Source: Candidatus Magasanikiibacteriota bacterium
GTDB taxonomy: Bacteria > Patescibacteriota > Patescibacteriia > Magasanikbacterales > UBA922
NCBI GenBank assembly: GCA_012800155.1
Contig: JAAZJX010000012.1
Location: 1-32,089 of the forward strand
Direction of reading: 5' to 3'
Length of the DNA: 32,089 nt
The notes under the pieces were generated by a model, which was not told where the DNA came from, did not search any database, and saw only the letters and a program-made list of their open reading frames with translations. The position numbers and the translations under genes were made by a program. Shown piece by piece: positions 1 through 9,802 of this stretch (position 1 is the stretch's first letter; every line of letters starts with the position of its first letter).

Positions 1-45
1 TATAAAAAGCCCGAGTGCCTGCCTGCCGGTAGGCAGGGCGGAATT
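1..45 (+). pseudogene. Partial duplicate of the tRNA-Leu 5' end, interrupted by a 20-bp palindrome
   Basis: 1-17 = 111-127 and 38-45 = 128-135; 18-37 is extra sequence. Confidence 0.8.
18..37. repeat. 20-bp GC-rich palindromic micro-element CCTGCCTGCCGGTAGGCAGG
   Basis: Self-complementary except one G/T pair; clean insertion relative to the intact tRNA. Confidence 0.85.
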
Positions 46-118
46 ATTCCGCCTCTTAAAAATAAAAACCTATTTTCTTGAAAAAGAAATAATATAAATA
101 AACAAAAAATTATAAAAA

Positions 119-199
119 GCCCGAGTGGCGGAATTGGTAGACGCGCACGACTCAAAATCGTGTTCCTCTGGAGTGAGAGTTCAATTCTCTCCTCGGGCA
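119..199 (+). tRNA. tRNA-Leu(CAA), CCA not encoded
   Basis: Acceptor GCCCGAG/CTCGGGC+A; anticodon arm CACGA-CTCAAAA-TCGTG; variable arm; T arm GAGAG-TTCAATT-CTCTC. Confidence 0.97.
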
Positions 200-221
200 C
201 TCTTTCTCTGCAAAATTATCT

Positions 222-1187
222 ATGAATATATTTTTTGATATTCAAATTGCAATTCTTGTTATAATAACTGCTTTACCTGCGGTTATTTTATTATTAAATA
301 AACATAAAAAAAATACTTGGGAAAATAAACATAAAAAATTTATTTCCTTTTTAGTTACTCTTCTTTTATTAGGAACTTTAATTATAATCTACGGTAGTTT
401 CATAGAACCAAGATTAATTATTATAAATCAACAAAAAATAAACTTAGCTAAAATTACTGAACCAATAAAAATTGTTTTTATAGCTGATTATCAAGTAGGA
501 AAATATAAACAAGAAAAGTTTGTTGAAAAAACAGTAGAAAAAATAATTGCCCAAAATCCTGATCTTATTTTATTTGGTGGAGATATGATTGATAATGAAA
601 TTTATAATGAAAAGGAAATAAATTTTTTAAAACCCTTAGAAAAATTAACTGCTAAATATCCAGTTTATGCTATACAAGGTAATCATGAATATGGTATTGG
701 TGGAGGTAAAAGTTTAAGAGACTCAAATTATCGTGTCGCTGATATGAGTTTAGAAACAAAAAATTATTTAGAAAATATTGGAATAAATTTTTTAGAAAAT
801 CAACTAACAGAAATAAATATAAAAAATCAATCATTCTATCTTTTTGGTGGAGATGATTTTTGGGCTAATAAACTTAATTTAGAACCTTTAAAAAATAGAG
901 AAAAAGATCTTGCTACAATTGCTTTAATTCACAATCCTCTAGCTGCTTATGCAGTAGCCAAAGAAAATGTTGATTTAATGCTTTCGGGACACACTCATGG
1001 TGGACAAATTCGTTTACCCTTTATTGGTCCTCTTGGTAAAGTTGATAGCATCACTCCAAAAACTTGGTATCAAGGTTGGAATAATATTGATGAAATGAAA
1101 TTATTTGTAACCAGCGGAATTGGTGAATCTGGAACAAGAGCTCGTCTTTTTAATCCACCAGAAATAGTAATTTTAACTCTAGAATAA
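222..1187 (+). CDS. Membrane-anchored calcineurin-like metallophosphoesterase (YkuE/YaeI-like)
   Basis: Two N-terminal TM segments; GGD, GNHE, HNP, GHTHGGQ motifs; first motif is DYQ rather than DxH. Confidence 0.9.
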   Translation: MNIFFDIQIAILVIITALPAVILLLNKHKKNTWENKHKKFISFLVTLLLLGTLIIIYGSFIEPRLIIINQQKINLAKITEPIKIVFIADYQVGKYKQEKFVEKTVEKIIAQNPDLILFGGDMIDNEIYNEKEINFLKPLEKLTAKYPVYAIQGNHEYGIGGGKSLRDSNYRVADMSLETKNYLENIGINFLENQLTEINIKNQSFYLFGGDDFWANKLNLEPLKNREKDLATIALIHNPLAAYAVAKENVDLMLSGHTHGGQIRLPFIGPLGKVDSITPKTWYQGWNNIDEMKLFVTSGIGESGTRARLFNPPEIVILTLE

Positions 1188-1189
1188 TT

Positions 1190-1221
1190 AAAAAACCACT
1201 AAACAAAATTAGTGGTTTTTT
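1190..1221. terminator. Bidirectional intrinsic terminator
   Basis: AAAAAACCACTAA-6nt-TTAGTGGTTTTTT between convergent genes. Confidence 0.85.
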
Positions 1222-1308
1222 ATTTTAAATACATTTTTAATAAAACATGAATTTAACCAACTAAACAAATTTAAAAGAATTTTTGTTTTAATTCGTAAAA
1301 TTTATATT

Positions 1309-1926
1309 CTATTTCTTAATATCATTTTTAATCATTTTTATAATCTCTGGAAATTCAGCTATTTTAAAATGTCCATTTTTACTTGGATAAATTATTATAA
1401 TAGCTTTTTTTAGTTTTTTTCTATATTTTTCAGCATGAGCAACAGGAGTAACATCATCATCTTTTGAAAATAATAAATATAAATTTTTTGTGTTTTCTTC
1501 CAAAAGAGATAAATCTGATTTTAGTTTAAATCCTCCCACTAAATCTTCTTCAAAACAAGTATTATCAAAAGGTGGACAAACTAAATAAACTGATAATATT
1601 TTTTTAGGAAACTTATGTTCAGATAAATATTTAGCAAGAAAAGTTCCACCTAAAGATACACCAATCAAAATAATATTATTTTTCAAAAAAGGAATATATC
1701 TTTCAAAATTAATCTTCCATTCTTTATATTTAGCATTATCAGACAAAGGCATTCGTGGTCTAATAATATCAAAATCTTTACCTAATTTTTTATTTATAAA
1801 TTCATTTGACCATCTTTTTTTTGATTCAATGGATATTTCTCGAGTTTTCAAAAAATTTAAATAATCTTTTTTATTTTTAAAAGTCATCCCTCCATGAACT
1901 ATAAATATTTGTCTTTTGTTTTTCAT
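1309..1926 (-). CDS. Alpha/beta hydrolase, RBBP9/YdeN-like
   Basis: VHGG, GxSxG (GVSLGG), SKDD, C-terminal GHF. Confidence 0.85.
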   Translation of the reverse strand: MKNKRQIFIVHGGMTFKNKKDYLNFLKTREISIESKKRWSNEFINKKLGKDFDIIRPRMPLSDNAKYKEWKINFERYIPFLKNNIILIGVSLGGTFLAKYLSEHKFPKKILSVYLVCPPFDNTCFEEDLVGGFKLKSDLSLLEENTKNLYLLFSKDDDVTPVAHAEKYRKKLKKAIIIIYPSKNGHFKIAEFPEIIKMIKNDIKK

Positions 1927-1933
1927 ATATTAT

Positions 1934-2437
1934 TTATATTAACCATCTTATTGTTCCTCCGGCAAATAAAGTAATAAAAGTAACAATAGTCGCTGCTAAA
2001 CAAACTCCTGCCAAAATAAGAGGAGCAGATTTACGAAAAGGAATATTAAAAATAAAAGCAACTAAAGCTCCTGTCCAAGCGCCCGTTAAAGGCAAAGGAA
2101 TCCCAATAAAAATTATCAAAGCAATCGCTCCATATTTAGCATACTGACCAGAAAATTTTTTTTCCGCTAATTCCATTTTTTTTCGTAAAAAACTACCAAT
2201 AAATTTTTTCTTTATCAACCAATCATGAAAAATTGGAAACAAATATAAAATAAAAAAAATAGGCAACATATTACCCGCTACGGCAATCAACCATGTCTGC
2301 CAAACAGACATTTTATAAACTTCTAAAGCAATTGGAATTGAAGCTCGTAATTCTGTCAAAGGAATCATTGAAATAAAAAAAGTTGCCCATTCAGGTGATA
2401 AATCTGTAAACCATTGAATTGGATTTAAATCAAACAT
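1934..2437 (-). CDS. Putative small multidrug export family membrane protein (COG2426-like)
   Basis: PLTELRASIP and IGIPLPLTGAWTG motifs; hydrophobic. Confidence 0.85.
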   Translation of the reverse strand: MFDLNPIQWFTDLSPEWATFFISMIPLTELRASIPIALEVYKMSVWQTWLIAVAGNMLPIFFILYLFPIFHDWLIKKKFIGSFLRKKMELAEKKFSGQYAKYGAIALIIFIGIPLPLTGAWTGALVAFIFNIPFRKSAPLILAGVCLAATIVTFITLFAGGTIRWLI

Positions 2438-2439
2438 AA

Positions 2440-3546
2440 TTAATCTGTTATAGCCAAACTATTTGAAGCTATTGAAAAATTATTATTTATATTATTATCA
2501 ATTGTAGAAGTTGTAGTGTTTTCATCACCAGGCCATTTATAATTAGCAAAAACCCAATTAGCTACATCACGCGCTTCAGTAAATCTTTTTTCATGTTCTT
2601 TTGCGCCCAAAATTACTACATTTAATAAATGATTATTTTTACCAACTTGCATTACAAAATTATATCCAGAAGCAGTAATAAATCCAGTTTTACCTCCATT
2701 CAAAATTTCAAAATCATTGGGAATCCAACCAAGTAATAACCAATTAGTATTCCAAAGATGATGTTTTAATTTTCTTTCTACTGAATATAAATTTAATTCT
2801 GGAGTTAAAACAGCTAATTTTATCTTAGATTGTTTCAAAGCTTCTTCTAAGAGAATAGCTAAATCAGAAGGTGTAGAAATATTAGTATCATTTAAACCTG
2901 AAGGATCAGTAAAAAAAGTATCTATCATTCCTAATTCTAAAGCCTTTTGATTCATACGCTCAACAAAAGCTTCTATTGGCCAATCCAAAGCATTGGCTAA
3001 ACTAATAATAGCCTTATTGGAAGAACCAATCAAAGTAGCCTGCCATAATTGTTCCAAAGTATAAGTATCCCCAGCATAAACATGAGTATCCAATGAATCT
3101 GCTCCAATAACTGTAGTAGTAGAAGACCAATCTGGATTTTTTTCTAATAATACCAAAGCACTCATTAATTTAGTCACACTAGCAATAGGTCTTTTTTCAT
3201 ATTCATTTTTGGCATACAAAACTGAACCAGTTTCCTTATCTTTGACAATTATTCCTTGAGCAGTAAAAATATTTGAATCCAACATTTCTCCTTGTAATTT
3301 TGGTAATAATGGTTTGGAAATTTCTGGTGGATTTATTTCAATATCCCCTCCTATTTGAGGAATAAAAGATTCTACTATTTTAATTGGAGTAATAACTTTA
3401 GTAATAAAATAATCAGTTTTATTTTTATTGAAATTTAAAAAAATAAAAAATCCACCAAAAATAATTACAAAAATTAAAATCAAACTGCGTAAAATATTTG
3501 CTTTATCATCTTTTAATGGATCTGGTGGTAAAAAATTATTGGTCAT
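2440..3546 (-). CDS. D-alanyl-D-alanine carboxypeptidase, peptidase S11
   Basis: N-terminal TM; SxxK (SVTK), SxN (SSN), KTG motifs. Confidence 0.92.
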   Translation of the reverse strand: MTNNFLPPDPLKDDKANILRSLILIFVIIFGGFFIFLNFNKNKTDYFITKVITPIKIVESFIPQIGGDIEINPPEISKPLLPKLQGEMLDSNIFTAQGIIVKDKETGSVLYAKNEYEKRPIASVTKLMSALVLLEKNPDWSSTTTVIGADSLDTHVYAGDTYTLEQLWQATLIGSSNKAIISLANALDWPIEAFVERMNQKALELGMIDTFFTDPSGLNDTNISTPSDLAILLEEALKQSKIKLAVLTPELNLYSVERKLKHHLWNTNWLLLGWIPNDFEILNGGKTGFITASGYNFVMQVGKNNHLLNVVILGAKEHEKRFTEARDVANWVFANYKWPGDENTTTSTIDNNINNNFSIASNSLAITD

Positions 3547-4084
3547 TTTCTTTATTATTTAAAATATTTTCAATATATTCATGTTTATGAATTATTTCAT
3601 AGTCTGGCAAATTTTCCACTGAATCAATACCTAAATGTCGTAAAGCTTCCAAAGATACAAAATACAAAGGCAATATTTTATTTTCTTCTTCTTTTTCTTC
3701 TATCAATCCTCGCACTAATAAATTACGAATAATCAAAGAACAATTAACTCCACGAATTTGTTCTAATTCTGGACGAGTGATTGGTCCCCGATAAGCTATT
3801 ACTGTCAAAGTTTCCAATTGAGCTTTGGTCAATTCTCCACTAACTTCATCTTTAATAAATAAATCAACATATTCAACATTTTCTGGAGCAGTAGACATTT
3901 GTATTAATTCTTCAGAAAAAAGAATCCTAATACCAGAATTATCCTGATTATATTTCATTTTCAAAGTTTCCAAAGCCTCCCTAACATCTATTTCTTTAAC
4001 AGAAATTGTTTTAACAATTTGTTTTATTGACAACGGTTTAGAAGCAACAAACAAAATTGATTCGATTTTTGAAATTATAGACAT
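3536..4084 (-). CDS. scpB: SMC-Scp complex subunit ScpB
   Basis: IESILFV, LETLTVIAYRGPITRPELEQIRGVN. Confidence 0.97.
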   Translation of the reverse strand: MSIISKIESILFVASKPLSIKQIVKTISVKEIDVREALETLKMKYNQDNSGIRILFSEELIQMSTAPENVEYVDLFIKDEVSGELTKAQLETLTVIAYRGPITRPELEQIRGVNCSLIIRNLLVRGLIEEKEEENKILPLYFVSLEALRHLGIDSVENLPDYEIIHKHEYIENILNNKENDQ

Positions 4085-4108
4085 AATTTATATAGAATAA
4101 CAAAATTT

Positions 4109-4801
4109 TTAAATTTTTTCAATTAAAATATCAGAAAAATTATTATTTTGTTTTAAAGATAAATTTTTTATTTTAACTAATTCCAACAAAGACAAAAAAG
4201 TTACAATTACTTCTGTTTTATTTTGAGAATCATTGAGAATTTGTGATAAAGTAAAACTTTTTTTCTCTTTCAACCAAGCGCGAATTTGATTTATTTTTTC
4301 TTTCATTAATATTGCCTTATCAATATGAGTCTTAGGCAATGGTTTAGGCGGTTTTATTCGATGAAGTAATTTTTCAATAGATTTTTGTAAATTAGAAATA
4401 GAAAGATTGGTTGGTGGATAAAATTCATTTCTTTTTCTTGTTGGCTCAATACGAAAAACTCCCCGTTTATCTTCAAGCCAATTTTTATTTAATTTTTTAG
4501 CTACTTCAATAAATTTTTTATATAATCGCAATTGTTCTTCTAAACTAGGACCTTCATCTTCTTCTGAAGAAAATTGAGGTAAAAGTTGTTTAGATTTGAG
4601 TAATAATAATCTAGTCGCCACTACTAAAAAATCTGCCATTTCTTCTGATTCTTTTTCTTCCATCTTATCTAAATAATCTAAATATTGCTCAGTTACTTGT
4701 GATAAAGCTAATTCGCTCAAAGATAATTTTTGTTCATCAACCAAAGATAAAAGCAAGTCCAAAGGACCGCTAAATTGTGCTAATTTAAACTCCGTTTTCA
4801 T
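4109..4801 (-). CDS. scpA: Segregation and condensation protein A (start moved to MKTEF)
   Basis: FSGPLDLLLSL, ADFLVVATRLLLLKSK, TFLSLLEL. Confidence 0.95.
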   Translation of the reverse strand: MKTEFKLAQFSGPLDLLLSLVDEQKLSLSELALSQVTEQYLDYLDKMEEKESEEMADFLVVATRLLLLKSKQLLPQFSSEEDEGPSLEEQLRLYKKFIEVAKKLNKNWLEDKRGVFRIEPTRKRNEFYPPTNLSISNLQKSIEKLLHRIKPPKPLPKTHIDKAILMKEKINQIRAWLKEKKSFTLSQILNDSQNKTEVIVTFLSLLELVKIKNLSLKQNNNFSDILIEKI

Positions 4802-4803
4802 AA

Positions 4804-5100
4804 TTATTTTAAAGGTAATTTTCTTTGTCTTTCTAATAAAATTTGCTCTGCCAATTTTAATCCATTTTTGGTAAGCTGAACATGAGTAATAAACCATTTA
4901 TGCGTTGTTCTTTTGCCAAAACCAATCATAAATTCTCGATCAATTAATCTTTCTAAACTTTTGGTAATAATACTTTCATGATATTTCTTTTTGGTTTTTT
5001 TAATTTGTTTTTTATAAAACTGATGAAAGATTTTTCTATCCACTTTCATTTTCCCTAAACAAGTTACTATAATAAATTTTTGTAAGGGACTTAATTTCAT
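4804..5100 (-). CDS. Hypothetical basic protein, probable winged helix
   Basis: 98 aa; SLERLIDREFM...VQLTKNG resembles a wHTH recognition helix and wing; stop 2 bp before scpA. Confidence 0.7.
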   Translation of the reverse strand: MKLSPLQKFIIVTCLGKMKVDRKIFHQFYKKQIKKTKKKYHESIITKSLERLIDREFMIGFGKRTTHKWFITHVQLTKNGLKLAEQILLERQRKLPLK

Positions 5101-5179
5101 AATATCTAATCATCAATCTATTTAATAACTAATAAAATATCTAATATCAAATTATAAATTTGACTTTTTCTTTTTATTT

Positions 5180-6937
5180 TTATTCTAAAATTTTTATCTT
5201 TAATTCTGCTAATTGTTTTTGTTCAACTTCACTTGGACTACCCATCATTGGTTCTTCAGCTTTTTGATTCTTAGGAAATGGAATTACAGAACGAATATTT
5301 TTTTCTCCCAATAAAACCATCATCAATCTTTCAATTCCTGGAGCAAATCCACAATGTGGCGGCGCTCCAAATTCAAAAGCCTTTATCATGTGACCAAATT
5401 TATTATCTACTACTTGTTTATCATAACCAGCAATTTCAAAAGCTTTATACATAATTTCAGGATTCATATTACGTACTGCTCCTGAAGATAATTCCAAACC
5501 ATTACCAATAATATCATATTGATAAGCTAAAATATCCAAAGGATTTTTAGTTTGTAAAGCTTCCATACCTCCTTGAGGCATAGAAAATGGATTATGACCA
5601 AAATCTATTTTATTTTCTCGTTCATTAAATTCATACATTGGAAAATCTACAATCCAAGCCCAAGCAATTAAATTTGGATCTTTTAAATTTAATTTTTCCC
5701 CTGCTAAATCACGCACTGCTCCAAGAGCTAGACAAGATACTCGCCAATTATCAGCGGAAAAAAATATAATTCCATTTTTATCAATTGCTAATAAATTTTT
5801 TAATTCTGCTAATTGTTCTGAAGTAAAAAACTTAGTCACTCCACCTTCAAAAGTATTATTTTCAAATTTAATCCAAGCCAAACCTTTGGCTCCAATTCGT
5901 TTAGCTTTATCAGTAAATTCCTCATCAATTTCTTTACGAGTAAAAACTTCTCCACCTGGTACAAATAAAGCTCTAATAAATTCTGCTTCTACAAAAACTT
6001 TAAAATCTGTTTTCTTTGCCCAAGTGCTAACCTCAATCATTTTTAAATCAAAACGCAAATCTGGACGATCAGAACCATAATCTTCAAAAACTTGCTTGAA
6101 AGGAATTCTTGGAAAAGGTTTTTGCCAAACTTTTTTATTAGCTATTTTTTCTGTTAATTCAATAAAAAGAGGTTCCATTTCTTGAAAAAATTCTTCTGGT
6201 TCCAAAAAACTAGTTTCTACATCAAGCTGATAAAATTCGCCCGGACTACGATCAGCTCGAGGATCTTCATCACGCATACAAACAGCAATTTGATAATAAC
6301 GATCAAAACCAGCTACCATCAAAAGTTGTTTATATTGTTGTGGAGCTTGTGGTAAAGCATAAAATTTTCCTGGATGAATCCTACTAGGAACAAGAAAATC
6401 ACGAGCGCCTTCTGGTGAAGAAACAGTTAAAACAGGAGTAGCAATATCTACAAAACCTCGCTTATCCATAAAATCACGAATATGACGAATCATTTTTGCG
6501 CGAAACAAAATATTATTTTTCAATTTTTCACGACGCAATTCTAAATAACGATGTTTCAAACGCAATTCTTCATCTTCTTCCTCTTTATGAGCATCAAAAA
6601 TTTCAAAAGGTAAAGTTTTGGCTTTGCTCAAAATAGTTATTTCTTCAGCAATAACTTCTATTTCACCAGTTGAAATATTTTTATTAAAATTTTCTTCTTT
6701 TCTCTTTTCTACTTTTCCTTTTATTCTAATAACATATTCATATTTCAAACTTTCAACAATTGAAAAATCTTTTACTTGATCTGGACTAAAAACTACTTGA
6801 GTCAAACCATAACGATCACGCAAATCAATAAAAATTAAATTCCCCATCTTACGATGCTTGTGAACCCAACCAGACAAAACTACTTCTTGTCCTATAAAAG
6901 ATTTGTTCAATTCCCCACAAGTATTTGTTCTGTACAT
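5180..6937 (-). CDS. aspS: Aspartate--tRNA ligase (probably discriminating)
   Basis: MYRTNTCGEL, FIDLRDRYG, PEGARDFLVPSR, GAPPHCGFAPGIERL. Confidence 0.98.
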   Translation of the reverse strand: MYRTNTCGELNKSFIGQEVVLSGWVHKHRKMGNLIFIDLRDRYGLTQVVFSPDQVKDFSIVESLKYEYVIRIKGKVEKRKEENFNKNISTGEIEVIAEEITILSKAKTLPFEIFDAHKEEEDEELRLKHRYLELRREKLKNNILFRAKMIRHIRDFMDKRGFVDIATPVLTVSSPEGARDFLVPSRIHPGKFYALPQAPQQYKQLLMVAGFDRYYQIAVCMRDEDPRADRSPGEFYQLDVETSFLEPEEFFQEMEPLFIELTEKIANKKVWQKPFPRIPFKQVFEDYGSDRPDLRFDLKMIEVSTWAKKTDFKVFVEAEFIRALFVPGGEVFTRKEIDEEFTDKAKRIGAKGLAWIKFENNTFEGGVTKFFTSEQLAELKNLLAIDKNGIIFFSADNWRVSCLALGAVRDLAGEKLNLKDPNLIAWAWIVDFPMYEFNERENKIDFGHNPFSMPQGGMEALQTKNPLDILAYQYDIIGNGLELSSGAVRNMNPEIMYKAFEIAGYDKQVVDNKFGHMIKAFEFGAPPHCGFAPGIERLMMVLLGEKNIRSVIPFPKNQKAEEPMMGSPSEVEQKQLAELKIKILE

Positions 6938-6966
6938 ATAATGATTTTAATCTAAATAATATACTT

Positions 6967-6995
6967 ATTTTAGCAAAAAAAATAACAAATATCAA
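6967..6995 (-). promoter_or_regulatory. sigma70 promoter for aspS
   Basis: TTGATA-17-TAAAAT with extended -10 TG. Confidence 0.55.
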
Positions 6996-7043
6996 ATAAA
7001 TAATTATACTTTAAAAAATAGCTTAAATTAGCAACTTTTATAA

Positions 7044-8126
7044 TTATTCTAAAAATTTTTTTCTCATCTTTACTACAAAAAATCCTTCTATTTCCTTAGT
7101 AGGCATTATTCGTAAAGATTTTTTAATAACCTCTTTATTAATCTCTTTTTCATTCCAATTTTTTAAAATTGGCAAACATTTAAAATCTAATAAATCAATA
7201 TCCATTATTTCACAATCTTCTATTCTATCCATAAATCTAGTAATTTGTAATTCATTTTCTTCTGGAGAAAAAGTACAAGTAGAATAAACTAAAATTCCTC
7301 CCGGTTTCAAAGCCTTCCATGCAGATAATAATAATTGTCTTTGTTTATAGGCCATTTCTTTTATTTTTTGTTCTTTCCAATAACCATATGTTTTTGGTTC
7401 ACCTTCTATAAATCTAGCTTCTGCGCTACATGGAGCATCAAGTAAAATCTTATCAAAATATTCAGGATATTCCCGAGTCAAAACTGCACCATGTTCCATA
7501 CGCAATATAAATTTCCAATCATTATTTTGAACAAATTCATTTTTGGTTGAAACAGTCAAAGAATCTTTTTTATTTTTTAAAAGATCTTCTGTTTCTATTT
7601 TTCCAAAATTTTTCTCAGGATAACATAATACTCCTAATACTTCCATATTATGTTTAAGTTTAAAAAAACGAATTTTATTATTATCATTAGCTACTAATTC
7701 ACCTTGTTTATTCATCAAAGCCGCAATCTGAGAAGTCTTACTACCTGGCGCAGCTGTTAAATCCAAAACTTTTTCTCCTGATTTAAGATCCAAAACTAAT
7801 GGTGGCACCATACTAGCTAAACTTTGTATATATATTTTTCCTTCTTTATAAATATCAAGATCAGTCAAATCCCGCTTACTTTTATTTTTCAAAATAAAAG
7901 CTTCTTTATACCAAGATATTCTTTCAAATTTAAAACCATTTTGTTTCAATATCTCAATTACTTCAGTTTGATTAGCTTTTATAGTATTAATTCTAAAAGT
8001 AGTAGGGCGTTTTATAAAAGTAATTTTTATTTGATTAAATAAAGAAACGCCAAACATATTTGTTAGACGTTTTAAAAATTTTTCTGGAAGTCCTTGTAAT
8101 TGTTTTTTATTTTTGTTTTTCCCCAT
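7044..8126 (-). CDS. RsmB/RsmF (NOL1/NOP2/Sun) RNA m5C methyltransferase with a ~36-aa insert
   Basis: VLDLTAAPGSKT, DKILLDAPCS, LVYSTCT, EENE. Confidence 0.93.
   Translation of the reverse strand: MGKNKNKKQLQGLPEKFLKRLTNMFGVSLFNQIKITFIKRPTTFRINTIKANQTEVIEILKQNGFKFERISWYKEAFILKNKSKRDLTDLDIYKEGKIYIQSLASMVPPLVLDLKSGEKVLDLTAAPGSKTSQIAALMNKQGELVANDNNKIRFFKLKHNMEVLGVLCYPEKNFGKIETEDLLKNKKDSLTVSTKNEFVQNNDWKFILRMEHGAVLTREYPEYFDKILLDAPCSAEARFIEGEPKTYGYWKEQKIKEMAYKQRQLLLSAWKALKPGGILVYSTCTFSPEENELQITRFMDRIEDCEIMDIDLLDFKCLPILKNWNEKEINKEVIKKSLRIMPTKEIEGFFVVKMRKKFLE
7518..7625 (-). repeat. Decayed palindromic element inserted in frame
   Basis: TGTTATCCTGAG...GAAGATCT...AGATTCTTTG...TTCAAAATAATG; ends are inverted repeats differing only by transitions. 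Confidence 0.55.
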
Positions 8127-8310
8127 AAATTAACAAAGTCTGATAATTTAATTTAATTTACTCAATCAACTACTTTCTCATTTCTAAATATTCATTATAT
8201 TCTAAATGCTCTTTATAATTATAGATAATTATCTTCCTTATTTTAAATTTATATTTTTAAAAAAAATAATCTTATTATCAATCTAAAATTATTACTAATA
8301 TTAAAGACAA

Positions 8311-9609
8311 TTAAGGTTTTAATCTATTAATCGTTCTAGGAAAAGGAATGCACTCACGAATATGTTCTACACCAGTCATCCAGCGTACCATTCTCTCTAC
8401 ACCAATTCCAAAACCAGAATGTGGAACAGAACCATATTTTCGTAAATCTAAATACCAAGAATATTCTTTTTCACTCATACCACTTTGTTTAATTCTAGAA
8501 AGAAGTAAATCAAAATCATCTTCACGCTGAGATCCACCAATTATTTCTCCAGCACCTTCAATTCCAATTAAATCATCATTCAAAACTCTTGAATCATCTT
8601 CTGGATCAATCTTCATATAAAATGGTTTGATATTTTTATCCCATTTTTCAATAAATACTGGCACTTCAGAATCTTGAGTCAATAATCCTTCATCATCATT
8701 ACCTAAATCTTCACCGTATTTAATATCTGAACCCAAACTTTGCAATTTATTAATTGCTTCTTTGTAAGTTAATCTAGTAAAAGACTTTTCCAAAACTTTT
8801 TTAAGTGGTTCAGTATTTCTCTCCAAAATTCCAAACTCAACTGTACATTCAACTAAACATTTTTTAATAATATATTTTATCAAACCCTCTTGAATTTTTA
8901 AATTTTCCTCATGTTCAATAAAAGCTCCCTCAGCATCCATCATCCAAAATTCTGATAAATGGCGCTTAGTTTTTGATTTTTCAGCTCTAAAGACTGGTCC
9001 AAAATCATAACAACGGCCTACACTTGCAATCGCTGCCTCAATATATAATTGACCAGATTGAGATAAATAAGCTATTCCTTCGTCAAAATATGGTACGGGA
9101 AACAAAGTAGTAGTCCCTTCACAAGCATTAGGAGTAAAAATTGGTGCATCTACTTTTATAAAACCTTCTTGATGTAAATACTCATTAATAGCAGTAATTA
9201 TTACATCACGCACTCGTAAAATTGCCCATTGTTTTTTGGATCGTAACCATAAATGACGATTATCCATAAGAAATTCTGGACCATGTTCTTTTGGACTAAT
9301 TGGATAATCTATTGCTTGTTGAATTAATTTAAAATTTTTAACTTGTAACTCAAAAACTCCTTCTTGTTTTGGATGTTTACTTACTATTCCAGAAATTTCA
9401 ACTGAAGATTCTTGAGTGGTTTTTTCTACCTGTTCCCACATTTCTTCAGAAATATCATTTTTAGAAACTACACATTGAATAAATCCTGATCCATCGCGTA
9501 ACTCTAAAAAAGTGATTGAGCCACTAGAGCGTTTATGATTAAGCCAACCTTTTAAAATCACTTCTTGATTAACAAATTGAGTTAAATCTTTAATAAATGT
9601 TTGTGACAT
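8311..9609 (-). CDS. asnS: Asparagine--tRNA ligase
   Basis: LRDGSG, RHLWLRS, YLSQSGQLY, FRAEKSKTKRHLSEFWM, YGSVPHSGFG. Confidence 0.97.
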   Translation of the reverse strand: MSQTFIKDLTQFVNQEVILKGWLNHKRSSGSITFLELRDGSGFIQCVVSKNDISEEMWEQVEKTTQESSVEISGIVSKHPKQEGVFELQVKNFKLIQQAIDYPISPKEHGPEFLMDNRHLWLRSKKQWAILRVRDVIITAINEYLHQEGFIKVDAPIFTPNACEGTTTLFPVPYFDEGIAYLSQSGQLYIEAAIASVGRCYDFGPVFRAEKSKTKRHLSEFWMMDAEGAFIEHEENLKIQEGLIKYIIKKCLVECTVEFGILERNTEPLKKVLEKSFTRLTYKEAINKLQSLGSDIKYGEDLGNDDEGLLTQDSEVPVFIEKWDKNIKPFYMKIDPEDDSRVLNDDLIGIEGAGEIIGGSQREDDFDLLLSRIKQSGMSEKEYSWYLDLRKYGSVPHSGFGIGVERMVRWMTGVEHIRECIPFPRTINRLKP

Positions 9610-9696
9610 AAAATTTTTATTAAAACTTAGTTAAATAATATCAAATTTAGCTAAAATATACAAGTTTTAAGACTTTTGGCATTGATCTTAAAAGTA

Positions 9697-9725
9697 TTGA
9701 CAAAATTCAAAAAATGTAATATATT
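9697..9725 (+). promoter_or_regulatory. sigma70 promoter for the small ORF
   Basis: TTGACA-17-TATATT. Confidence 0.6.
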
Positions 9726-9802
9726 AAACTTGTTTTATATAAAATACCTAACATTATAAAATAACATATTTTATAATATTGGCTATTTTATAGGAGAAAA
9801 AA

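Noticed and set aside
4802-4897. N-terminal extensions of scpA (also yqgF, map, rplF, rplE, rpsN) in the ORF track
   Set aside because: Most overlap the upstream gene; internal ATGs give family-typical N-termini.
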